From: Torpedo marmorata
Lineage: Eukaryota
Assembly: GCA_977017645.1 (NCBI GenBank)
Contig: OZ360240.1
Span: forward strand, 33,108,001-33,172,000
DNA length: 64,000 nucleotides
Direction: 5' to 3'
The position numbers and the translations under genes are program-made. The notes beneath the pieces are model-generated. The model saw only the letters and a program-made list of their open reading frames with translations. It was not told the origin of the DNA and did no database searches. Shown here piece by piece: positions 23,384-34,999 of the stretch. The first letter of the stretch is position 1. Every line of letters starts with the position of its first letter.

Positions 23384-23772
23384 ATCAGAATCAGAATTTA
23401 TTGTCATGAGCAAGTCATGAAATTTGGTGTTTTGCGGCAGCATCATAGTGCAATTAACATTCATATTATAACCATCTTATGACATTACTTATAAAAAATT
23501 ATAAATAATAGTGCACGAATTGATTATTCAGGAATCTGATGGCAGCGGGGAAGAAGCTGTCCTTGTGCCGTTGAGTGCTCGTCTTTAGGCTCCTGTACCT
23601 TTTTCCCGATGGTAGCAGAGTGAAGAGGGCATGGCCTGGGTGGTGGGGGTCTTTGAGGATAGAGGCTGCTTTTTTAAGGCACTGCCTCATGTAGATGTCC
23701 TCGATGGAGTGAAGTTTGGTGCCTGTGATGTCACAGGCCGAGTTAACTACCCTCTGGAGTTTACTCTTGTCC
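23384..23772 (-). mobile_element. Rex1/Babar-like LINE 3' fragment
   Basis: LQRVVNSA...KDPHHPGHALFTLLPSGKRYRS...SFFPAAIRFLN. Confidence 0.8.
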
Positions 23773-23984
23773 ATGGATAACATGGAATGCCAGACTGCTT
23801 AAGTGAGCCTTAAATGATGTTGGGAATATTCCTGCATTAGGCTGGCAGGATATTGTTACAGTGCCAATTGTAATGCTGATCACAATTTCCAGATATTAAT
23901 GAGCAGAAATATGCACTACAAATAGAATGGAGTGGAATAATGGTATAGGGTCACCAATTGCCTTTTTCCCCTTCTATATAAAAA

Positions 23985-25500
23985 AATAATCCGTCCAACC
24001 TTGTCTTAAACATATTTACTGAGGTAGCCTCCACTGCTTCAATGGGCAGCGAATTCCATAGGTTCACCACCCTCTGGGAAAAGTGGTTCCTCCTCATCTC
24101 CGCCCTAAATCTACTATCCTGGATCTTGAGGCCATGTCCCCAAGTTCTAGTCTTCCCCCATCTATGGAAACAGCTTACCTACCTCTATCTTATCCATGCC
24201 TTTCATAATTTTATATGTTTCCATAACCATATAACAATTACAGCACGGAAACAGGCCATTAGGCCCTTCCAGTCCGCACCGAACCAAACATTCCTATCTA
24301 GTCCCACCTACCTGCACCCTGCCCATAAACCTCCACTTCCTTCTCATCCATATACTTGTCCAACTTTTTCTTAAATAATAAAATTGACTCTGCCGCCACT
24401 ACTTCTCCCGGAAGCTCATTCCACACCGCTACCACTCTCTGAGTAAAGAAGTTCCCCCTCATGTTACCTCTAAACCTCTGCCCCTTAACTCTTAGCTCAT
24501 GTCCTCTTGTTTCAATCTCTCCTATTCTTAATGGAAATAGTCTATCCACATCCACTCTGTCTATCCCTTTCATAATTTTAAATACCTCTATCAAATCCCC
24601 CCTCAACCTTCTACGCTCCAAAGAATAAAGACCTAATATGCTCAATCTCTCCTTGTACTCTAGATTCTTAAACCCAGGTAACATTCTGGTAAACCTTCTC
24701 TGCACTCTCTCCACCTTGTTGATATCCTTCCTATAATTTGGTGACCAGAACTGCACACAGAACTCTAAATTAGGCCGCACCAAAGCCTTATATAATCTCA
24801 ACATCACTTCCCAACTCCTATATTGTATGCAATGATTGATAAAGGCCAGCATACTAAAAGCCTTCTTCACCACCCTATTCACATGAGTTTCCACCTTCAG
24901 GGAACGATGCACCGTTATTCCTAAATCTTTCTGCTCTTCTGTATTCATCAATGCTCTCCCATTTACTACATATGTCCTGTTCTGATTCTTCTTACCAAAA
25001 TGAAGCACCTCACACTTATCAGCATTAAACTCCATCTGCCATTTTTCAGCCCACTTTTCTAAGCAGCCCAAATCCCTCTGCAATCCTTGAAAACCTTCTT
25101 CCACTATTCCACCTATAAGATCCCCTATAATTTTTCTAAATTCCAGCGAGTACAGTCCCAGACGACTCAATCTCTCCTCATAGGCTAACCCCCTAATCTC
25201 TGGAATTAACCTGGTGAACCTCCTCTGCACCACCTCCAAAGCCAGTACATCCTTCCTCAAGTAAGGAGACCAAAACTGCAGATGCAGCCTCACCAGTTCC
25301 TTGTACAGTTGCAGCATAATCTCCCTGCTCCAATATTCAATCCTTCCAGCAATAAAGGGCAACATTCCATTTGCCTTCTTGATAGCCCCCTGCACCTGCA
25401 AACCAACCTTTTGTGATTCATGCATAAGCACTCTCAAGTCCTTCTGCATGGCAGCATGCTGCAATTAGTTGCCATTTAAATAATAATCTGATCTAACATT
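23985..25500 (-). mobile_element. Two nested CR1 fragments (inner 24222-~25110 inserted in an outer copy)
   Basis: The inner copy starts with its own tail (ccataaccatataac). The outer sequence ttttatatgtttc|ctataagatcccc rejoins across it. Both encode CR1 ORF2 C-terminal motifs. Confidence 0.88.
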
Positions 25501-25608
25501 TTTAGAACCCAGTAATGTAAAGGTATAACCCACACCTAAAGTAAATTAGTATTTAAATATTAAACAACAAAGTTTTTTTGTGTTCCCTTTTGGTAAACTA
25601 CTGTATAT

Positions 25609-26750
25609 TGTAACGGATGTGTTAAGGTTAATATTAATATTTAAAGTTAAGTTATAGAATTATATATCTTAGTAAGGTTAGTTGTGGGCTGGTACAGGGT
25701 CACACACAGGTCACAGCACATTTGCAGGAAAAACCCATTACTCAGAGAGAGAGTTCAGTTTGGAGTCGCCATGTCTTAAGACGACAACAGCCAATAATGA
25801 AACAGAAGTGCATTTAAGTGATTTAAGGACAATGTGTGGTTTTTAAAAGCCTTATGATAGCAGCTGTTGCAAACTCAAGTGCCATTTGAGTGACATGTGC
25901 CAGACTATTCGGAGTCGTAATCACTTATAATCTTGGAACAGAGATGAGGTCAGATGTTTTTGTGGATGTAAGTGATTTTGAAGAAAGGCATGAGGTAATG
26001 CTTTCGAAAATGAACCTAAAACTGTGGTGATGTAATGTCACATGATGTCAGAAATATATAATGAAAAGAGAGAGACATTTTGAGACAGATTGAAACAGAC
26101 TGCACCAGACTGAAGAACTTTGATATTCTGGAAAGGCAGAATCATTTTATGAGCAGTGATCTCTGGATGGATGGAGGTGCTGTCTCTGTGTATTATCCTT
26201 ATCATAGGAGATACACCATATAAGTGGCTTTTAAAATAAGTAAGATCACTTTCAAATTGTTTCTAAGAAAAGAGAACATCAACGTATGTTACTCCTGATC
26301 AAGAAAGAAATCATCGTGAAGATCACAGTTCCATAACCCTAACAAGATAGGGGGAAACTTGTGAACACACTCGTATGAAGACTATCTCTGAAAGACCCCT
26401 CATCAAAAGACGTGTGAGTTTGAAAGAAATCGAATGCTCCATTCTTGCTTTATAATAACTTCTGAATTACAATTTAAAAGGGATCCTGAAGTTCAACAAA
26501 AGAAGTTGGAAACTGGACTTTAAAAATTGACTTTTTCAGATTTAAGTTAAAATTGGAATGGCTTGGACTTTAACACACACACATTTACATTTGCACATAG
26601 TGGGGTTTAAGTTAGAGTTAAGTTTAGAGATAAGTAAGATATGTTATTAATAGTTTAAATAAAAAAACTATTTTTGAATTTACCATTGTCTGGTTCATAT
26701 TCCATTGCTGTTCCTTTGTTAGTACTAACAGGGTTTGTTAGTTCGTAACA
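25609..26750 (+). mobile_element. Solo LTR (probably Gypsy/Ty3), about 1.14 kb
   Basis: TGTAACG...CGTAACA termini; flanks ATAT/AAAT (4-bp TSD, one mismatch); AATAAA near 26658; no ORF. Confidence 0.7.
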
Positions 26751-27145
26751 AAATCACTGAGCCAGAGAATGCTTGATGTGGGTTTACATTGCAATTTGTA
26801 TGCAGCAGGTGAGAGATGGGGGATATATTTAGAATACTAACAATTCTAAACATTTTCTATGTTTGCAAGTAATTACTTTTATTTCAACCAGCTCTCTTTT
26901 TATCAGTTGGAAGTGACACAAGTTATCAGATCAATTTTAGGATTTGGATTTGTGGCTCAATTCACAAAGCCTTGCAGCTTGTGTAAAATATCAGACTTTG
27001 CCCTGTGTCTGTCACAGCAGTCTTCCTGTTGACTCACTGGTGACTTGCTGTTTATTTCTGATTTGACAAGCTGATGGCATCAGTGAGGAAATGTATGTTC
27101 TAAGCTTATTCCTTCCTCTTCACGTTACCTCTGCTTATCATTAAC

Positions 27146-27237
27146 CACACACACACACACACACACACACACTATGAGGCAGTTGGAGAAACATTGTTAC
27201 AATAACACAGTTTGGCTTGGTAACTTCCTATTTTCAT

Positions 27238-27278
<41 letters not shown>
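27146..27278. repeat. (CA)n and (TA)n microsatellites
   Basis: (CA)~13 at 27146-27171; (TA)~19 at 27241-27278. Confidence 0.95.
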
Positions 27279-27283
<5 letters not shown>

Positions 27284-27983
27284 GACAGGTGGTAGGTTAG
27301 CACATTAACCATGAACTCCCAGGGTTGGTTACTGGTCACTGCTGAGCTTGCAAGAGTGCTAAAATTATTCTTAGTTTTCCTAGTTTGGGGATGATAAAAT
27401 TGATCAAGGCCTTTTCCTCCTGATGGTTGTTCAGCAGCCACAAAGGAAGAGGTGCATTCATAAAGGTAAAGTTCAAATGCAAGCAATCTGACAAGATTTC
27501 ACCCCCTCATAAGGTTAATGATGGAAGTGTTAGATATCCAGCTCTGTTTAGAATTCCTCATGATGAACCAGTCTGTGCCCATATAGGGTGATGTTTGGGC
27601 TTAGGCTGATGTGTTGTAAATACTATTAACACCATCCAAGTCCTAGGCAGTGGTTATTTCTGCAAAGTGTTAAGGAGCCAAGAAATGTACCTGACAATAT
27701 TTTGACCTGGTTATTGCCTTCCCTGTCAAAATTGCATCATACCTCCAGCACTCTTTCTCCACCACATGCTGGAGGAACAAATATTGTTGAGTACAAAGTG
27801 AGAAGGAAATTTTAATTGTGGCCAAAATGTCATTCATAAACGAAGAGTTGGCTTGTAGCTCAGTAATCTTATTGAATTGATGTGTTTCATTATAGTTTCA
27901 AAAGCCTACACAAGGTGGACTTGTCTATTTAAAAATGTTTAATTTGGCACGTTAACTGAAACTTTTTTTTCCCCCTCTGTGAG

Positions 27984-28127
27984 GACCTTTATCCAGTATT
28001 CTTGTAAGTCGTTTTGGTTGTCGTCCTGTTATGATGGTAGGAGGCTTTTTTGCATCAGCGGGTATGATACTGGCATCGTTGTGCACCAGCATTATCCAAA
28101 TCTACCTGACGGTTGGCGTCATCACTG
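27984..28127 (+). CDS. slc16a3: Monocarboxylate transporter 4, coding exon 2 (144 nt)
   Basis: (G)[47 protein letters not shown](G); polypyrimidine tract then gAG acceptor; donor GTAAGG; phases match the neighbouring exons. Not in the ORF track. Confidence 0.94.
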
Positions 28128-28984
28128 GTAAGGAATTGCTAAAGCCAAAAGTTTTCTTTTTAAAAACAATGCACGTAGATGTTGTAAATCTGATAGAGGG
28201 TATGTGAGAAATAGTCAGCACATTAGCACCATCTGCAGGAAGAGAAGCAATGTTATTGCTTCAGGTTGTGATATTTTGTAAGCTCATTGATGACCTGAAA
28301 TGTTGATCTGCATACTGACCACTGCAGTGGTAAATATCAGTAATTACCTTTTTGTTTCAAATTGGAATGTAAATGGGCAACCTTCTAACTGCCCACGTGC
28401 CAGTAAAATCATTTCCTTGCTACGTCACTGGGAGCTGGAATTTCTCATCCTTTGCATGAGCAGTTCACCTTTGTTACCAGAAAATTAGGGTCTGCAGAGG
28501 TTTTGTTCGTGCTGAGTGGAGAGAATTTGTGACTGACCCCAAACTCTGTGCCAAAATTTTGCTCTCAAAGTCAAATCTCAAACCCATATTATGCCCAGGT
28601 GGAAGGTTTTAAAAACAGCCTGTACAGGGGCCTGGTTCCTTGGTTTGAGCTGATAGCCAGGCAAGCAACCAAATTCCAATTTCTTTTAGCTCTTTTAACT
28701 TGCCAGTATCCAAGTAAAGATCATCAGAGGATGAAAACTTGGATTTAAACTTCTGGTATTTAGCTGTTTAATGTAGTTCAAAGTTCAGATTTATTGTCAG
28801 AGTACATACATGACATTGCATACAACTCTGAGATTCTTTTTCCTGCGGGCGAGGCAGAATTTGTACATTGATATGTATTTACATCTGTGCATGCTTTCTT
28901 AAAATTAAACTGTTTACATTTAATTGTGAATAGACCCTCCTAAGTGCCCCCAATGGAATAAATCACCTGTGTGTTTTCTCCCAG

Positions 28985-29758
28985 GTCTGGGTCTGGCTTT
29001 GAACTTTCAGCCATCTCTCATTATGATAAACCGCTACTTTGACAAGCGACGCCCGTTAGCAAATGGCTTAACTGCGGCTGGGAGTCCTGTGTTCTTGTGC
29101 GGACTCTCTCCATTAGGTCAGATTCTATCCAAGGTGTATGGATGGCGAGGGGGCTTCCTTATTCTTGGAGGTCTTCTGCTGAACTGCTGTGCATGTGCAG
29201 CACTGATGAGGCCTCTGAAATCAAGTGCGAAGCAAAAAAATGTGGAAGGGAAGGATGCCAAGGTGACAAAGAAGAAAAAGCAGTTGCTGGATTTTTCAGT
29301 TTTTAAGGATCGAGGTTTTGTGATCTACACAATAGCTGCTTCCGTCATGGTCTTTGGACTCTTTGTTCCTCCTGTCTTCATCGTAAACTATGCAAAAGAC
29401 TTGGAAGTACCAGACACAGACGCTGCTTTCTTGTTGTCCATCTTGGGTTTTGTTGACATTTTCGCCCGACCTCTTTCTGGTATTATTGCTGGGTTGAAGC
29501 CTGTCCGGCCTCTATGTGTATATCTCTTCAGCTTTGCTATGATTTTCAATGGCATTACGGATCTTGGTGGCTCTTTAGCTCATGACTATGCTGGCCTGAC
29601 GGTGTTCTGCATTTTTTTTGGAATGTCCTATGGAATGGTGGGAGCCTTGCAGTTTGAAGTCTTGATGGCAATTGTTGGAACCCAAAGGTTCCCCAGTGCC
29701 ATTGGCCTCGTATTATTGATCGAAGCCATGGCTGTTCTCGTGGGCCCACCAGGAGCTG
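28985..29758 (+). CDS. slc16a3: Monocarboxylate transporter 4, coding exon 3 (774 nt)
   Basis: [29 protein letters not shown]...[11 protein letters not shown]...VDIFARP...GPPGA; acceptor ccAG at 28983-28984, donor GTAAGT at 29759. Confidence 0.97.
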
Positions 29759-29782
29759 GTAAGTGTGTGTATGTTTGTGTCC

Positions 29783-31170
29783 ACCATAGAACACGACAGC
29801 ACAGAAATGGGCCCTTTGGCCCTTCTAGTCTGTGCCGAACACTTTTTCTGCCTTGTCCCACTAATGTGCACCCGGACCATACCCCTCCCATCCATGTACC
29901 TGTACAAATTTTCTTAAATTTTAAAATTGAGCCCGCATTCACCAATTCACCTGGCAGCTTGTTCCACACTCCCACCACTCTCTGCGTGAAGTTCCCCCTA
30001 ATGTTCCCTTTTAAACTTTTCACCTTTCACCCTTAACCCATCTCCTCTCGTTTTTTTTATCTCGCCTAAACTCAGTAGAAAAAGCCTGCATGCATTTACT
30101 CTATTTATACCCATCATAATTTTGTATACCTCTATCAAATCTCCCCTCATTCTTCTGCATTCCAGGAAATAATTCCTAACCTCGATTCAAGGTTCCTTTA
30201 TTGTCATGTAATAAAAACAGTGTAATATTACACAAAATTGCCTTCAGTCTGCCGTAAGACAGACAGATTTGCCATCAGCAGAAATTGCCAGGCACCTCTT
30301 AGTCAGAGAAAGAGAAGCAAAAAGAGTGTCCCCCAGAGTCACCAAGTGTCCGTGGATTCGCCTCCAGCGCTAATGCAGCCCCCACAGCCACACAGACTCC
30401 CGTCCTGTTTAACCTTTCCCTGTAACTCAGTTCTTCAAGTTCTGGCAACATCCTTGTAAATCTCCTCTGCAGTCTTTCAATCTTATTGTTATCCTTCCTG
30501 TAGTTAAGTGACCAAAACTGCACACAATATTCCAAATTTGACCTCACCAATGTCTTGTGCAACTTCATCATAACATCCCAACTCCTATATTAATGCTTTG
30601 ATTTTTTGATTTTTTAAAGCCAATGTGCCAACCAACAGCTCTCTTTATGACCCTATCTATCTGTGACCCCACTTTCAGGGAATTGTGTATTTGTATTCCC
30701 AGATCCCTCTGTTCTTCTGCACTCCTCAGTGCCCTACCATTTACAGTGCATGTCCTACCTTGGTTTGTCCTTCCAAAGTGCAGCACCTTATACAGTATTT
30801 GTCTGCATTAAATTCCATCTGCCATTTTGCAGCCCATTTTTCCAGCTGGTCCAGATCTCTCCGCAAGCATTGAAAGCCTTCCTCACTGTCCACGACTCCT
30901 CCAATCTTTGTGTCATTTGCAATTTACCACATTATCATCCAAATCATTGATTATGGATGACAAACTGTGGACCCAGCACCGATCCTTGATTCACACCACT
31001 AGTCACAGGCCTCCAGAAAGAGAGGCAATCATCCACTACCACTCTCTGACTTCTCCAGTAAAGCCAATGTTTAATCCAATTTACTACATCACCGTGAACA
31101 CCAAGCGACTGAATCGTCCTGACTTGCTTCTCATGCGGGACCTTGTCAAAGGCCTTACTAAAGTCCACAA
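29783..31170 (-). mobile_element. CR1 LINE fragment with a ~215-bp nested insert (30185-30400)
   Basis: [31 protein letters not shown]. The insert resembles 17998-18168 (LINE 3'-tail-like, tttattgtcatg). Confidence 0.85.
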
Positions 31171-31501
31171 TATTAATATAAGAAACAAAGGTGAAGGGAA
31201 ATGAATGAAATAACTCTTCAATTCCAGAAATGTGAAAAAGAGGCACGTTTGTTTTCAGTGGGACTATCCATTAGAGTAGTTGAGATCAGGAGAGGGGCTC
31301 CCTATAGGATAAGCAAACATTATGACTGGATAGATTAAATGTCATTTAATTGTATAAACATTTTAACTTTTTGAAGGCAAAGATGTCTAGATACCACAAA
31401 TGAATTTGGGACACACAAAAAAAAATCCTTGTTCTTGCAATTTCTTCTCCTTTCACCATAGAGTTAAATGGGCTCTAAAGGCATCTTTCTAGTCTGTAGA
31501 C

Positions 31502-31734
31502 CAGCCATTCTCAATGGGGTCCTACGGCCCCCCCTGGGGTCCACAGCACATTTAAATAAAAGCCTTCTTTTCACCTCATGTAACATAAATTTTTAATGTT
31601 TTTTATGTGGTCGGTAGGAGAGAAGTAGGGAAGAAACTAAAACGACTGCTTCACAGGGAAGGGGGCCCATAAACTTTGAGCAGAGTCTTCGGGTTGGGGG
31701 GGGGGCATAGCCAAAAAAATATTGAGAATGACTA
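31502..31734. mobile_element. hAT MITE
   Basis: TIRs CAGCCATTCTCAAT / ATTGAGAATGACTA; 8-bp TSD CTGTAGAC/CTGTAGAT. Confidence 0.85.
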
Positions 31735-31855
31735 CTGTAGATGATTCTTTTCTTGTCACCGGCCAACTATGGAAGACCTTGTAGCAAGGAGAAAATACTT
31801 TTTTTAAAAAATCATAGAGCACAGCTTGGAGATGTTGACCCTGTGATTGTAAATA

Positions 31856-32059
31856 CAGTAAAATCCCTGTTATCTGGAATTCAAGCAACCGGCAAAATAA
31901 TTGCGGAAAATAAATGGGTAAAAAAATACGAAAGTTTAAAATTGGCGCCCCTAGAGGTTAGTTCGCCAATCACGCAACACTCAATCTCAAGCAACCGGAA
32001 AATTCATTTATCCGGTATCTACCAATCCCCATAGGTGCCGGATACCGGGGGTTTTACTG
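31856..32059. mobile_element. Tigger/Tc-mariner-type MITE
   Basis: TA|CAGTAAAATCCCTGTTATC ... GATACCGGGGGTTTTACTG|CA. Confidence 0.8.
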
Positions 32060-32084
32060 CATCTGGTTTAACAGAGCATGGAAC

Positions 32085-32480
32085 ATAGAACAGTACCGCA
32101 CTGGAACAGGCCTTTCGGCCCATGAGTCTTTGTCAAACATGATGTCCAAATCAAACTAATACTCTGCTGCTTGCAGTTAGTAGATATCCCTCCATCCCCA
32201 TCAAGGTAATGAGACTGTCCAGAAGCCTCTTAAATGCTACCATTGTTAACTGCTTCCACCACAACTCCTGGCAGCCCTATTCCAGGCACTCTTCATGTAA
32301 AATATTTGTCCCGCACATCTCCTTTAAACGTCTTCCCCCTCACCTTAAACTCCTGTCCTCTAGTATGTGATGCTTGTACCCTGGGGAAAGGATCCTGACT
32401 ATCAGTGCCTCTCGTGATTTATAAACTTCTATTAGATCACCCCTCGGCCTCCTTTGCTCCAGAGAAAACAACCCAAGCAG
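32085..32480 (-). mobile_element. CR1 3' fragment
   Basis: LGLFSLEQRRPRGDLIEVYK; typical 3' UTR aacaggcctttcggccc. Confidence 0.8.
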
Positions 32481-32566
32481 AAAACTCTTTTGGCTTGTGG
32501 TGTTGCTGTTTGCTTGCATGAATGCTGGTTTCTGAATGATAAATATATTCAATTTTTCTGTTACAG

Positions 32567-32838
32567 GGAAGCTGTTGGACTATACAAAAGTCTACAAGTA
32601 CGTTTTTTATTTGGCTGGCTCTGAAGTGGTCCTCTCTGCTCTGATACTGGGTATTGGAAACTTTTTTTTCATAAGTAGAAGAGCTAAACCACATGAGATT
32701 GAGCAAAAGGAAAACGTGGATAGGAAGAATCAAGAGGAACATGAACCAGGAGTAGTGGATTCTGTGGAAGTGGAGCAATTCTTAAAAACTGAGATGGAAA
32801 ACAACGAAATTTTACCAACACCTGAAACCAGTGTATGA
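32567..32838 (+). CDS. slc16a3: Monocarboxylate transporter 4, last coding exon
   Basis: (G)KLLDYTKVYKYVFYLAGSEVV...VDSVEVEQFLK...TPETSV*, the MCT4-type C-terminus; acceptor ttacAG at 32565-32566. Spliced total 1413 nt = 470 aa + stop. Confidence 0.96.
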
Positions 32839-34520
32839 AACTCTCCAAAGAGGAAGAATAGAATATTTACAGAAGTCAAGAGAAAAGAGTCTGTATATTT
32901 ATTTAGAAATGTGAGGTACCGTCATGTATTGGTGAGAGTAGTTTATTGTGCAGAATATTTTTTGTGATTTTTTTAATTTGCTGCCTTGCATTTGTCATTC
33001 AGTGTGTCTTTCAGAAAACTTTAAAATGCAACAGTATTTGTCATGTCAGGAGATGCTTTAATATTTGGGAATGTGTGAGATGGGAATATCAAATCAACAG
33101 AATTGTGATTCCATAAAAATGGGAGAAGAGTTTAGATGTACAACCTACTCTCAGCCAACAACATTAGTGACAATAGTACACCTCCTCTTTTATTATCCAT
33201 AAATGAAAGTTTGCACAATTAATGTGACAGAGACACTTTACTTGCAGATCAGGATGGGTTAAATAGTTTAAGGAAGCACAAGTTAACCAGATGGAAGCAT
33301 GGCTCTAACTTGAGTTCTCGCCCCATTCTTCCAGTGTTTTACTTGGTAATTAAGGAGGTAACCAAACTGCTAGTATGTCGTGTTTCTTACAAGACAAGGA
33401 ATATAAAACTGAAACAATTTTTAAAGGTCCTAGTTAGTCGTGGCCAACGGTCATTGAAAAATAATCCTGCTATGATTCGTGGATTAATATTCACACTGTA
33501 CTGGAACAGGAGACTGATATGATTTTATTAACTTCCAATGATTCTTCCACTATATTAAAAGAACCTTTTAGGAGTGTCTGACTAAATATTTTCTTTGTAA
33601 AACCTGTGAAAAATAATTCTTTCCATCGAGGCATTCAACATTGGGTAATCGACAGGGGCAGCACAAAACAAAGTTTAACTTTGAAACTGTAGGTGGCGAT
33701 TAGACCAATGCATCATACGGTCATCAAAGGTAGTTACATCTTAAATATATAACTAAGTAAAGTAATCCATTCAAAAACTAGTTTTATGGCATAACCACAT
33801 ATACTGAGAAGATGACAACTTTTTAATAAGGATCAGCATGGGTTGTGGACTCGGGTCAGTATTAGTCGAGGCACCCTGAGAAACATCATCAATACATAAC
33901 TTTGCCTTCAAACATTTCAGATTCCTATATATCGTAATAAAATTGTCCAAGCTTATCCCAGCAAATTGAAAAGACAGAGCAACAAGCCTTTCACTCGCTA
34001 TAGAAAAGACGGTTTATTTCAGTGTAAAGCAGAATTATTTTTTGATAAATTTTTAAGCAACTGATAAAGGAATCTGCAGTACTAATTTGGGAAAACTACT
34101 GTCCCTATTCTTGAATATAGGATCCCACTGTTTTTACAACAATGGGCAGGTGGAAAAAAAGACTTTTGATACAGTTCCTGATGATCTTGTCCATTCTAAC
34201 CAGGGTATTCTGGTATGCTTCATATAAAACTAGCAAGTAATAAAAATGAAAAATCGTTTAATTCCTTGATGAGATTGAAATTCTCTAAAATGCTCTGGAA
34301 GTAGGTATTTCAAAAGGGACTGCACATAGATTTCTACATGGGTACTTTTAAAATAGTCAAAATATTCTCAAACTGAGAGAACTGGGTAGTCTTGCATTGT
34401 TCTAACTGTCAAACAGGTGTTTAGAACTCCATTTTTAAAAATTAATAAAATTGGACTTTCCTGTCTGTTGATCCTGAAGATCTGCCAAGTACAACACATT
34501 TAAAATAAATTTTAGTTTAG
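32839..34520 (+). other. slc16a3: Probable slc16a3 3' UTR (end uncertain)
   Basis: AT-rich sequence with no recognisable repeats after the stop; AATAAA near 33935, 34239, 34444 and 34504. Confidence 0.5.
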
Positions 34521-34727
34521 TAAAATGTATACTTTCTATTGACATTTAAGGTACAATTTACTGATTCATGGGCAACATTTTTATTTTAATCTTGTTTTAT
34601 GACTGGTTTAGAAGCTAACTTTTTTCTAACTTGATCACTTCAAATTCCATAGATCGGCTTTGAATGTGTTTAAAGAATAGAAGTAATAATATTAAAACAA
34701 CTTTTTAATATGGTGTTTGAAAATATC

Positions 34728-34999
34728 ATTGGATATTCTCTGTGGATGTCTCTCTGCATTACATGTCCATTCTATTCCTTGGACTTAAAACACATTTTCA
34801 CTTCCGTACATTTTAAGGTCAAGATTGTAGCAGAACAGCCTGTGGCAGTTATATGCCCTTAGCCCATCAGTCTATATCCATGGATTTTCTCTGTGGATGT
34901 GTCTCTACATTACATGTCCATTCTATTCCTTGGACAAACTCATTTTCACTTCCGTACATTTTAAGGTCAAGATTGGAGCAGAGCAGCTTATGGCAGTTA
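34728..34999 (+). repeat. ~151-bp tandem duplication; second copy interrupted by the pogo element
   Basis: tggat.ttctctgtggatgt...ggcagtta starts at 34730 and again at 34881; copy 2 continues tatgcccatcagtctat after 36771. Confidence 0.9.

Noticed and set aside
24298-25464. 388-aa ORF with duplicated CR1 C-terminal motifs
   Set aside because: Chance in-frame junction of one CR1 nested in another; no RT core.
29759-30036. Extension of the MCT4 exon ORF to 355 aa
   Set aside because: Read-through past a strong GTAAGT donor into antisense CR1; the proper last exon exists at 32567.
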